Shown in pieces: positions 19,814-27,889 of a stretch of 58,179 bases of DNA. The notes beneath the pieces are model-generated. The model was not told where the DNA came from, ran no database searches, and saw only the letters and a program-made list of their open reading frames with translations. Location: IMG/VR virus record IMGVR_UViG_3300034170_000025, positions 1 to 58,179 of that record. One strand, written 5' to 3'. Position numbers and translations under genes: made by a program. Within the stretch, counting starts at the first letter, position 1; each line of letters begins with the position of its first letter. This DNA is from a virus. Its lineage: Duplodnaviria; Caudoviricetes.

Positions 19814-20221
19814 ATGACTCGCACTGTTACTAATCAAGCACAATTTGAACTGGCCGCTGGTGTTACTCTGGTGTCCCAATTGATCGAGGGCACCAGCTAT
19901 GACGGCAAGCCTTTTAGCTACACAAGCCATGACCTGGAAGGTCTATCTGACAACGGGCTGGACGACCTTGCAAAATTGGCTATTGTCCTGCAAAACCTCC
20001 CAGAAGAGGGTGCCCTTGATATGAGTGCTGATGACCTTGAAGACTTCCTTAAGGACTGGGCACGTGACTTGGCTGAAGACGCAGAAGTACCCTTCACCTT
20101 CACCAGTGTAGGCGGCAAAACCAACACCTACACTCCCGCTTCGATGTGGGAAGCTTCTGGTAGCTGCTCTGAATGGGAACAGTCCGCACAAGAAGGTTAT
20201 GACTATGGGTGGAATATCTAA
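19814..20221 (+). CDS. WxSSxC-tail family copy 3
   Basis: AAGGAG SD before ATG 19814; contains MWEASGSC near the C-terminus. Confidence 0.7.
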   Translation: MTRTVTNQAQFELAAGVTLVSQLIEGTSYDGKPFSYTSHDLEGLSDNGLDDLAKLAIVLQNLPEEGALDMSADDLEDFLKDWARDLAEDAEVPFTFTSVGGKTNTYTPASMWEASGSCSEWEQSAQEGYDYGWNI

Positions 20222-20457
20222 TGTATACTGAAGACGCTGTAAAGCGCGACGCGCTCACCAAGATTGCTTTGCTGTTGTCGGAGGCTCAGTCCAAGGTATT
20301 AGAAGCTGAGATGCTTGCTGACGAACACGGCCTTGAGTTTGATCTTGACATTGGTGGATATGGCATGGGCGGCACCTACTACTCTGAGAAGTATGTAGAG
20401 GATTACGGCTCCCGCTACACCACTGCTGGTTGGAATGCTTCTTCGCAGAGCTGCTAA
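20221..20457 (+). CDS. WxSSxC-tail family copy 4
   Basis: TAATG coupling; ends GWNASSQSC. Confidence 0.75.
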   Translation: MYTEDAVKRDALTKIALLLSEAQSKVLEAEMLADEHGLEFDLDIGGYGMGGTYYSEKYVEDYGSRYTTAGWNASSQSC

Positions 20458-20465
20458 AAATAATT

Positions 20466-20505
20466 GGCCGTTGCCCTTGACAGGGTAGCGGCCTTTTTGT
20501 ATTAT
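20466..20505 (+). promoter_or_regulatory. Fused terminator and sigma70 promoter
   Basis: GGCCGTTGCCCT-TGAC-AGGGTAGCGGCC-TTTTT hairpin carries TTGACA (20477), 17 bp from TATTAT (20500). Confidence 0.75.
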
Positions 20506-20535
20506 GAGCCCACACAAACGAACGAGGATTTACAG

Positions 20536-21153
20536 ATGAACGACTTTAAATTTGGCGACCGTGTAGAGTTTATCTCTAAAAGTGGTGAGGGCGATCCCCG
20601 ATCTATTAAGGGTGAACACGGCGAGGTTAGACATGTATCTAATGACATGATCACTGTAGCAATGGACAGCGGCACCCTTATCACTGTTTTTGAGCACAGA
20701 CTCCGCAAACTCTCTTTTGAAGTTACCCCTATCGTAACTGGCATGCCAGGACGTTTGATCCAATTCAGTATTCCAATCCCAGGTGAATTTAAAGTAGGGG
20801 ATCGTGTCATGCTTGCCACAGCGGACCCAGAATATGGACGTGGCGAGGTTGATATGTTTGAGGTGGGCACTATTACTGACGTGGGTACAGGGGAGCGTGG
20901 CAGTGCTGATGTTGGGGATATCATCGTAGAGTTCCCAAGTGACGAAGATTGGGTAGGTGTGCCAGGAGACCTCAAACATGCTCCACAAAAAGTGCGTGAA
21001 GAGTTTCCTTTGCCAGAGGTGGCCTTACCAGATATTACCCTTGACGAAGCTGTAAAAGGCTGTCAGGATATTCGTCAACAGATGGCAGAGCTTGCTGGCA
21101 AAGCCAGAGTGTTTGAAGAAGTCATGCGTAAAGCTGGCGTAAAATTTATCTAA
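20536..21153 (+). CDS. Tandem SH3/KOW-like repeat protein with C-terminal coiled coil
   Basis: Two FKxGDRV repeats; tail paralogous to the next gene; GAGG SD before ATG 20536. Confidence 0.7.
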   Translation: MNDFKFGDRVEFISKSGEGDPRSIKGEHGEVRHVSNDMITVAMDSGTLITVFEHRLRKLSFEVTPIVTGMPGRLIQFSIPIPGEFKVGDRVMLATADPEYGRGEVDMFEVGTITDVGTGERGSADVGDIIVEFPSDEDWVGVPGDLKHAPQKVREEFPLPEVALPDITLDEAVKGCQDIRQQMAELAGKARVFEEVMRKAGVKFI

Positions 21154-21166
21154 AGGGGGATTTTAA

Positions 21167-21688
21167 ATGACTATCTATAAAGTTGGTGATACTGTTATCC
21201 GTGATAACGGTGAGTGGCGTGGCGTTAAGCCGGGTGATCTTCATGAGGTGGCTAGTGTGCATGGTGGTAATATCTGCTTAGTGGGTTTGGAGCAGTTCAC
21301 ATTTGACGGAGACAATTTTAGCCTTCATCATCGGAAAGCTGAACCCATCGAAGTGGCAGTTGGTGATACTGTCCGTATGATCAGTAAAACTCCAAAATAC
21401 GGCGCAGGTTGTATCAACGTAGGTGACGAAGGCATCGTGACCTCTCTGGACGGCGACGGCGGATACCATGTGAAATTTCCACGGCACAGCCACTGGCACT
21501 CGGGCAAGGATGACTGTGAGCTTGTAAACAAGATCATTGTTCCTGAAGTTTCCCTTGACGAGGCCGTTAGTCTGTGCAAAGATGCACGCACTGAGATTAA
21601 AGACCTTGAAGATAAGGTCAAAGCTTTGAAAGATTCAATCAAAGCTTACGAGCGAGTAGTTCGTAATGCTGGTCTCACATTCATTTAA
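21167..21688 (+). CDS. Tandem SH3/KOW-like repeat protein with C-terminal coiled coil
   Basis: Two VGDTV repeats; PEVSLDEAV...RNAGLTFI tail. Confidence 0.7.
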   Translation: MTIYKVGDTVIRDNGEWRGVKPGDLHEVASVHGGNICLVGLEQFTFDGDNFSLHHRKAEPIEVAVGDTVRMISKTPKYGAGCINVGDEGIVTSLDGDGGYHVKFPRHSHWHSGKDDCELVNKIIVPEVSLDEAVSLCKDARTEIKDLEDKVKALKDSIKAYERVVRNAGLTFI

Positions 21689-21699
21689 GGAGGTTCACC

Positions 21700-22077
21700 A
21701 TGTTCGACGTTAAAAATGACAAGTGGTTTGTACGTGTAGCCAACAAACAAGAGGCTAGTGCTGCCCAAGATTGGGCCTTCTCCGAGGGCTTGAGTTGGAA
21801 TGGCAGGACAACGCTGCGACACGACTACCACCTGTGGGATATGGATGGAGGCACTGCTATAGGCAGTGGTCACTGCGAAGGTAGTGTGTTAGGTCAAGCT
21901 GGTGTTATGTACTGGGCTCGGAACGGACATAAAGAAATCAAACTAACTTACAAGCTTACGGTTGACACCGTTCTACTGCCAGAAGTAGAATCACCACAAC
22001 AGAAGCAGATCAAAGCTTTGGAAGCCACTATCGCCCAGGCTGCCGCTCAAATCCAGAAGCTAAAAGAGGAAGTGTAA
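21700..22077 (+). CDS. Hypothetical protein with C-terminal coiled coil
   Basis: AAGGAGG SD. Confidence 0.7.
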   Translation: MFDVKNDKWFVRVANKQEASAAQDWAFSEGLSWNGRTTLRHDYHLWDMDGGTAIGSGHCEGSVLGQAGVMYWARNGHKEIKLTYKLTVDTVLLPEVESPQQKQIKALEATIAQAAAQIQKLKEEV

Positions 22078-22078
22078 A

Positions 22079-23119
22079 ATGTTGCTTATCGGCTCACGTG
22101 CTTTGGTAGCAAACAACCCTGAATTGGAAGGCACTCGTAAGTGTGTCGACTGGGACTATATCTGCACCTTGGATCAGTTTAAAGCTTGGCATAAGGCTAA
22201 CAAAGACAATCTGCAATTCGCTGTGCCAACTCAAGGTGGCAAGTACTACCATGCACGTGACAAAGACGGTATGAACTACGAGTTTGAGTTGGCTTGGCCG
22301 GGTACGTCTGCTGAGGATTTACTCAAGCACTACGGCCTACTTGACCATGTGTACAAGCCTGAGATTGGACCTGTGCCAGCAATCAATCCCGACCTGTTGA
22401 TCATCAAGCTGAGCCACCGCTACAAACGTAACTCGCCACACTTCCTCAAAACTATGAGTGATATCAAGTATCTTCGTGAAAAGGTTGGTGCTGAATTCTT
22501 TGAGAAGTTCATGCAGAATGGCATCAATGGCCCTATCATGGCAAAGCGTGAAGCTGAGTCCTACGACTACGCACACCCAAAGCTGAACGTTAGCTCGAAA
22601 GAGTTCTTCAATGGTGATGGCGTACAGTATGTGTACAACCATGACAGTATTCACTTGGCTGTAGCGATCACTCAGGAGTGGGACCAACCTGAAATCCAAG
22701 ATAACTACGACCATCACCCTGTGCCTGCATACACTTTCTATATGAAAGATGGCTCTGAGGTGATGACCTCGAAAGAGAAGTTCATGTCAGTGCATGAGTC
22801 TATACGTCTATACGGCGTCTATGAAGAATCCTGTGTGCTCGCTCTAGAGCGTTCCCAGATTCCCCACAACATGATGCCAACTATGGATGGCTCTGTGTGG
22901 TTCGATCGGTGCCGGAGTGGGCCATCACCACGATGGAGCTTTGAGATGGCTCTCATGAAGGTGTGTACATCTATTACGTCTGGTTGGTTTCGTGAGTACG
23001 CTTGGGAAAATTACCAGAAAGTGCTTGACCTGTACAACGAACTGGGTGAGAATGACTACATCGAACGGTTCACCAAGAACCAACATTTACTGACACCATA
23101 CAATGGAGAGAAATACTGA
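22079..23119 (+). CDS. Putative Pol-beta superfamily nucleotidyltransferase
   Basis: N-terminal hG[S] and DxD signature: LLIGSRAL...VDWDYI. Confidence 0.6.
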   Translation: MLLIGSRALVANNPELEGTRKCVDWDYICTLDQFKAWHKANKDNLQFAVPTQGGKYYHARDKDGMNYEFELAWPGTSAEDLLKHYGLLDHVYKPEIGPVPAINPDLLIIKLSHRYKRNSPHFLKTMSDIKYLREKVGAEFFEKFMQNGINGPIMAKREAESYDYAHPKLNVSSKEFFNGDGVQYVYNHDSIHLAVAITQEWDQPEIQDNYDHHPVPAYTFYMKDGSEVMTSKEKFMSVHESIRLYGVYEESCVLALERSQIPHNMMPTMDGSVWFDRCRSGPSPRWSFEMALMKVCTSITSGWFREYAWENYQKVLDLYNELGENDYIERFTKNQHLLTPYNGEKY

Positions 23120-23481
23120 TGCAAAAGTTCAAGAAAGGTGACACCGTGCAACGTACAAAAGGTCAATGGGAAACCGTAAAGGCTGGTGATATTTGTACAG
23201 TAGTGTCTGCTGATTGGAATGGTCTTACACTCTTGGGACACTCAGGCACCTACGATGACGAGTACTTCGTTAAGGTGGTTCTAGCTCCAAAGGAGCAGAA
23301 GAAGGTGACGATTGACGTTTGCCATCGTCTGGTGGCTTACGACTGTGAAATTGCTAATTTACAGGCTCGGCAGGATAATCTGAGAGAAGATTTCTCTCGA
23401 CAGCTTGCACAACTAGAGGGTACAATTGACACACTCACCACAGAAATGAACACCCTTAAATCTGAATACAACGTCGAGTAA
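23119..23481 (+). CDS. SH3-like plus coiled-coil protein
   Basis: FKKGDTVQRTKGQW..VKAGD is similar to the N-terminus of 21167. Confidence 0.7.
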   Translation: MQKFKKGDTVQRTKGQWETVKAGDICTVVSADWNGLTLLGHSGTYDDEYFVKVVLAPKEQKKVTIDVCHRLVAYDCEIANLQARQDNLREDFSRQLAQLEGTIDTLTTEMNTLKSEYNVE

Positions 23482-23491
23482 GGAGATAACA

Positions 23492-23635
23492 ATGTTTAAA
23501 GAGTACCGATACGAAGTTGCAGTGATTTCAGCCTTGTTTTGTGTATACAATTTGTATATGCTGAACCCAATTCTGTCATTGGTATGCGGAGTTGCCGCAG
23601 TGGGCAACTACTACCTCGCTAAAGAAGGTAAGTAG
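23492..23635 (+). CDS. Small membrane protein (47 aa)
   Basis: AAGGAG SD; hydrophobic. Confidence 0.6.
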   Translation: MFKEYRYEVAVISALFCVYNLYMLNPILSLVCGVAAVGNYYLAKEGK

Positions 23636-23665
23636 GATACTCTCAAGGGTTGTGTAAAATAACCC

Positions 23666-23693
23666 TTGACACTAAACCAAAACACTGTAAGAT
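23666..23693 (+). promoter_or_regulatory. sigma70 promoter
   Basis: TTGACA-16-TAAGAT; -35 at the end of a TCAAGGGTT..AACCCTTGA inverted repeat. Confidence 0.7.
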
Positions 23694-23723
23694 AGCCGAA
23701 CAAACCAACTAGGAGATACAAAA

Positions 23724-24302
23724 ATGCAAAAGACCACTAAACTCGTTCAAATGTACAAAGAAGCCGAAGAACGTTCGATTCCATGTGCAGGTGGGCGTAC
23801 TGGTACAGGTGGCCGAGCTTTTCTTAAAGCAGACCGTGCTGCACTTGTTAGTGAGATTTGGAATCAAAACCTGACAGTTAGTCAAGCTGGCTACGCTATT
23901 TACAAGGAGTTGGGTGGTAGTTCAGACAACCTCCATACACAACGCCTGCGTCTATTCGAAATCCAAGTAAATAAAGGTGTACTTCGTCTGGGCAAAGCCA
24001 TCACTGGTGAGCATGTTGGTGTTGTGAAAGTGAAGAATCCGCAGGATATTGCGTTTGATGGTCGCATTAAGTCTCAGGCTGATATTCAGCCAGCGTTTAA
24101 CCGAGCTGCACGACAACTGATCAAGGTGGGTGTTACTACTCCAGATCAGGCTGTTAAGTACATCAACTCTGCTTTCGCAACTGCACGTCTTGAGCAGAAG
24201 ATTGATATCAAAGCAGAGCGTATCGTGAACGAACTCCGCATTGGTGACATGACTAAAGCTGAAGTGTTGATGACCCTGGATCGTGTTAAGAGCCAGTTCT
24301 AA
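23724..24302 (+). CDS. Basic hypothetical protein
   Basis: AGGAG SD; own promoter. Confidence 0.75.
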   Translation: MQKTTKLVQMYKEAEERSIPCAGGRTGTGGRAFLKADRAALVSEIWNQNLTVSQAGYAIYKELGGSSDNLHTQRLRLFEIQVNKGVLRLGKAITGEHVGVVKVKNPQDIAFDGRIKSQADIQPAFNRAARQLIKVGVTTPDQAVKYINSAFATARLEQKIDIKAERIVNELRIGDMTKAEVLMTLDRVKSQF

Positions 24303-24330
24303 ACACCACACCGAATAACGGAGAAACAAA

Positions 24331-24468
24331 ATGGTTTCGATTTGCCTTTGTATCCTTTGGGCCTTACTCGTAACAGGGTTGCTACCTAAACAACCAACTG
24401 GTGTGATTGTATCCGCCATTGGCGCTGTACTTATCACTGTCATCTGCATCCAACTAGGGATTAAATAA
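24331..24468 (+). CDS. Small membrane protein (45 aa)
   Basis: GGAG SD; two hydrophobic stretches. Confidence 0.6.
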   Translation: MVSICLCILWALLVTGLLPKQPTGVIVSAIGAVLITVICIQLGIK

Positions 24469-24469
24469 T

Positions 24470-24862
24470 ATGGCTGTTAAACGCCCATTCAACATGACCG
24501 AGAACGAATTCGACCTGTATGCTGCAAAGCATCTAGTGTGGAAAGCAGAGAACGCTAAGAAGCGTGGTATCGAGTTCACCTTGACCCACACTTCGATGAA
24601 AAATCTGCTGTCTTCCAAGAAGTGTTTCTACACTGGTATTGGGCTCACCAAGAGTACTGGCAAGGAAGAGGAGCTGAAGCTCAGCGACTTTACCATTGAT
24701 CGAATTGACGGCTCCAAGGGTTATGTGAAGGGCAATGTGGTAGCTTGCTGCCACGCTGCAAACCAGATGAAGAACCAATTTGAGTCTCTGGGCTTGACAG
24801 GTCTCAAAGCTGGGCGTAACATCTTCGACAAAGCAATCAAACGAATTGAGGGTAAAAAGTAA
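24470..24862 (+). CDS. HNH-like endonuclease
   Basis: AKKRGIEFTL...CFYTG...IDRIDGSKGYVKGNVVACC..AN.MK. Confidence 0.8.
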   Translation: MAVKRPFNMTENEFDLYAAKHLVWKAENAKKRGIEFTLTHTSMKNLLSSKKCFYTGIGLTKSTGKEEELKLSDFTIDRIDGSKGYVKGNVVACCHAANQMKNQFESLGLTGLKAGRNIFDKAIKRIEGKK

Positions 24863-25077
24863 TGGCTAGTTGCCCAGGATGTAATCTCCCAATGATCAAT
24901 GGTCAAGTGTTCAACGGACTCCTCCAATGTCACTGGGACTGCCAAGATGTTGTTCGTGCAAACATGGGAGAGCGGAATGCAGATGACTTAATTCAGTTTC
25001 GTATTAATAAACGTTTGGCAGTGGATGGTATCACTCCAGGCCACCACTTGTTTGAAAAGCTTGGAGGAAAGGTGTGA
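24862..25077 (+). CDS. Hypothetical protein, possible Zn-binding
   Basis: CPGC...CHWDC; TAATG coupling. Confidence 0.6.
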   Translation: MASCPGCNLPMINGQVFNGLLQCHWDCQDVVRANMGERNADDLIQFRINKRLAVDGITPGHHLFEKLGGKV

Positions 25078-25403
25078 AGAAGTTACTAACCGCTGCACTG
25101 ATCATGGCTACAATCTCGCTTGCTGGTTGTGAAGAAGCCAAGCTGTTGAGTGAGAAACGAACCACCATGGTTGTTGAGAGTGTCTACCTAAGCTCTAAGA
25201 GCAACAGCAAGGTGACTCTTCGTGAAGTGGAGAGCGGCTACGTCTGGGAGGATCAACGTCTGGGTTGTTCTCGCTCTTATGCACGTAATGTGCAAGTTGG
25301 CAGCAAATGGGACGTGACTGAACAATCCTATGTCTACCCTGAATCCCAACGATACTTCAGTCGCCTTGTAGGCACCGACGCTATCTGCACAAAGAGTAAT
25401 TGA
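25074..25403 (+). CDS. Putative lipoprotein
   Basis: MKK, hydrophobic stretch and lipobox LAGC. Confidence 0.75.
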   Translation: MKKLLTAALIMATISLAGCEEAKLLSEKRTTMVVESVYLSSKSNSKVTLREVESGYVWEDQRLGCSRSYARNVQVGSKWDVTEQSYVYPESQRYFSRLVGTDAICTKSN

Positions 25404-25404
25404 T

Positions 25405-25632
25405 ATGGCAGAAATGCTTCGCTACGCCTCGCTTGAGGAGATTAAAACCTTCGGAGATGATCAGTGCATTGATATGTGCCTCTACTTTGAAGATGGTTGT
25501 CTCTGCATCCATAGTGGTGACTTGCCTGTCTTGTTTGACAAGACTCCCCAAGAGCAGTACCATCACTACTTACAAGGCTGCAAATGTAGCCGACACCCAG
25601 ATGGAGAGTTGAAGAGTGACCACACAAGATAA
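25405..25632 (+). CDS. Hypothetical protein
   Basis: Starts 2 bp after the previous stop. Confidence 0.55.
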   Translation: MAEMLRYASLEEIKTFGDDQCIDMCLYFEDGCLCIHSGDLPVLFDKTPQEQYHHYLQGCKCSRHPDGELKSDHTR

Positions 25633-25849
25633 GATTGAGTACATACGATCATTCATGATACTGATCACTAAGGCCGAGTCATACCACAGTGCAATCTCAC
25701 ATGCAAGTTTTGTTCGTGGTATGTTAGCTATGTGCTTCCGTGAACAGACAATCCCGCTAGAGGACTACAGGGTGTTGTCTCAAGATGTAGAGACGATGAT
25801 GGAAGTGAAACGAAATATGCCTAGTGCAATTGATAGGGAGCTGTTTTAA
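25616..25849 (+). CDS. Hypothetical protein
   Basis: Co-oriented; TAATG coupling to the next gene. Confidence 0.6.
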   Translation: MTTQDKIEYIRSFMILITKAESYHSAISHASFVRGMLAMCFREQTIPLEDYRVLSQDVETMMEVKRNMPSAIDRELF

Positions 25850-25992
25850 TGCGTAAAATGAGTGCTGAAGAGTTTGGCAAAGACTACGAATACGAGAAAG
25901 CCAAGCGAAAGCAACGCAAGGAAGATCGAAACACACGTGATAATCGGCGATCTGGTAGAGACCGTTGGGAAGCAAAACCAGCAGACGAATAA
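25849..25992 (+). CDS. Small basic protein (47 aa)
   Basis: TAATG coupling; Arg/Lys-rich. Confidence 0.6.
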   Translation: MRKMSAEEFGKDYEYEKAKRKQRKEDRNTRDNRRSGRDRWEAKPADE

Positions 25993-26066
25993 GCTGGACT
26001 GATTCAACTTATGGGTGTATAATAACGGTGAGGCAAGGATGTCTTACAACCTATAAGGAGCCTAGT

Positions 26067-26249
26067 ATGGTTAATGCAGCACTAGCCGCATACTACGCGA
26101 AGGTGGCAGTCAGAACACTCAAGGTTCATCTTGAGAACTTCCGTGAATGTCTGAGAACATGCACAATCCCTGATCGTAGGGCTTGGCTTGAAATCAGGAT
26201 CAGTGAGTTAAGAACTGCTCTGTTTGATCGCACAGGTATGTGGTATTAA
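26067..26249 (+). CDS. Hypothetical protein
   Basis: AAGGAG SD; upstream TGGACT-17-TATAAT; followed by a terminator. Confidence 0.65.
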   Translation: MVNAALAAYYAKVAVRTLKVHLENFRECLRTCTIPDRRAWLEIRISELRTALFDRTGMWY

Positions 26250-26250
26250 T

Positions 26251-26275
26251 GGCCCTCTTCGGAGGGCTTTTCTTT
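26251..26275 (+). terminator. Intrinsic terminator
   Basis: GGCCCTC-TTCG-GAGGGCT followed by TTTCTTT. Confidence 0.85.
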
Positions 26276-26359
26276 GCCTAAAATAAAGTAGAAAAGGATT
26301 GACCCGGTAGGGTATTCCTGTAAAATGAGTCACATCAACCAACAGAGGAGGGTTAGTAA

Positions 26360-26554
26360 TTGAAGATTCCGATCATTACCAAACATAGCCACAATTCCCC
26401 ACTAGTAGTGGAAATTGATACTGACGATACAGGCTCACAATTGAAACTTTCTGACATAGAAACTGGTGCGGAGATTCTAATATTCGGAGATGAACTACAA
26501 AACTTGATTATCAGCCTGATCCAACTTGGAGTGGAATTGGAGAGAATGTCTTGA
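26360..26554 (+). CDS. Hypothetical protein
   Basis: GAGGAGG SD; promoter TTGACC-16-TAAAAT at 26299-26326. Confidence 0.6.
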   Translation: MKIPIITKHSHNSPLVVEIDTDDTGSQLKLSDIETGAEILIFGDELQNLIISLIQLGVELERMS

Positions 26555-26733
26555 TAAACTATGAGCAGAAGGAAGACTTCATCCGAGTGAAGTGGAAGAA
26601 GAAAGAGCTTGGCCGGATTTATAATGAAGATGGCTCTTGGCATTATCGCCCACGAGGTTGTGAAGGTAAGATTCGTAGTGAAGAGTTCGTATCACTAACC
26701 GCATTGAAACGTTATTTGGAGGGTAAGGAATGA
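26551..26733 (+). CDS. Hypothetical protein
   Basis: 4-bp overlaps at both ends. Confidence 0.6.
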   Translation: MINYEQKEDFIRVKWKKKELGRIYNEDGSWHYRPRGCEGKIRSEEFVSLTALKRYLEGKE

Positions 26734-26954
26734 TCACGTTAATATTTTTCAAAGTTGCTGTAACTGCCTCAATTGTATTCGCTCTCATGTGTCTGATCGA
26801 AGACTTTTGTAATCATGAAAATAAATCTAGAGGAGTTACTAAGCACAAGGTTCCAGATTTTGTGGCTTATGTGGGTGGGGCTTCGTTGATCATCGCAGTG
26901 GTATGCTATGTGGTAGCATTAATCATAGCATTAATCATGGCAGTGTGGCTGTAA
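26730..26954 (+). CDS. Small two-TM membrane protein
   Basis: Two hydrophobic helices. Confidence 0.65.
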   Translation: MITLIFFKVAVTASIVFALMCLIEDFCNHENKSRGVTKHKVPDFVAYVGGASLIIAVVCYVVALIIALIMAVWL

Positions 26955-27068
26955 CCTCTTACTTTCAGCCGGGGATTACTTCCCGGCTTACTTTTACGTT
27001 GGCAAAACTTTCGCCAAAAGGTTTCAATATGGGAATTTATCCAAATTGTTTTCCTTTGGTAGGAGAAA

Positions 27069-27420
27069 CGGCCAGCTTTTTATAGAGATGTACATACATT
27101 AACTGATACAGGAGATACTAGACATGGCTTACAAACTTCGTTGTGACTACTGCAAGTGTGCCTTCACTGCCTCCACACGTAGTGCTCAGTGCCCTAAAAA
27201 TCATGGTCGATACCAGTCCACAACCTTCATTGAGGACGTGCTTGACACTGCCATAGACGTAGCAACCGCTGTAGCCGTGGCCCACGTCACGGGTGACATC
27301 TTTAGTGGCGCTGCTGACGTTGTGGGCAGCCTCTTCGACTGGTGATACGAGAAACGGCCAGCTTTTTACAGAAGTACCCGGACAGATTTTTATGCAAATC
27401 CCCGGCCAGTTTTTTACAGA
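27069..27420 (+). repeat. Four copies of CGG(C/A)CAGNTTTTTA
   Basis: Copies at 27069, 27355, 27379 and 27403; the last three are spaced exactly 24 bp apart. Confidence 0.85.
27124..27345 (+). CDS. Small Zn-ribbon-like protein
   Basis: AGGAG SD; CDYC...CPKNH. Confidence 0.65.
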   Translation: MAYKLRCDYCKCAFTASTRSAQCPKNHGRYQSTTFIEDVLDTAIDVATAVAVAHVTGDIFSGAADVVGSLFDW

Positions 27421-27511
27421 GATGTGTCTAAATCTGTAGAGAATTTGGGTGGGGCTTAGGCGCCCTTCCAGAGAAAGTTTTGAAGCACGCCACTGCCCCG
27501 TGGACGGACAT

Positions 27512-27578
27512 AGAGAATCATTCTCAACTGGCTTTGATAGCAATTCTCATTTGATACTGAGTTTGAGATGTATTCTCA
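27512..27578. promoter_or_regulatory. Three Fur-box-like 7-1-7 palindromes
   Basis: AGAGAAT-C-ATTCTCA (27512), TGATAGC-A-ATTCTCA (27535), TGAGATG-T-ATTCTCA (27564). Confidence 0.55.
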
Positions 27579-27707
27579 TTACCAGAACGTCGCCCACACT
27601 TCCCACCTTGTACTCCAGTGTCTGGCCTTTCGGCTTTCGTTCCTGCTATGGCCTATTATACAGAATCCACCACAAGAGGCAACGGGTAACAGTTTTTTTT
27701 TAATCAC

Positions 27708-27889
27708 AAAATTTACTATCACAAAATTTTTCATTTGTCAAAATTATATAAGGCAAAATTTACAGTGGCTAAAACCACATAAGGGAAAAATTCCAATTCC
27801 GAAAATTACGAAAGCACTTTTTTATTGTGGCGAAAATTACATAAGATGAAAAAATATTTCTGAAAATTACTACAAGCGAAAAAATTTTT
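27708..27889. repeat. Phased AAAATT tract array
   Basis: A-tracts at 27708, 27723, 27740, 27755, 27771, 27787, 27802, 27833, 27849, 27863 and 27881, a period of about 15-16 bp. Confidence 0.8.

Noticed and set aside
27069-27420. Possible mini-CRISPR array
   Set aside because: Repeats are about 14 bp with about 10-bp spacers, far from CRISPR dimensions; no cas genes.
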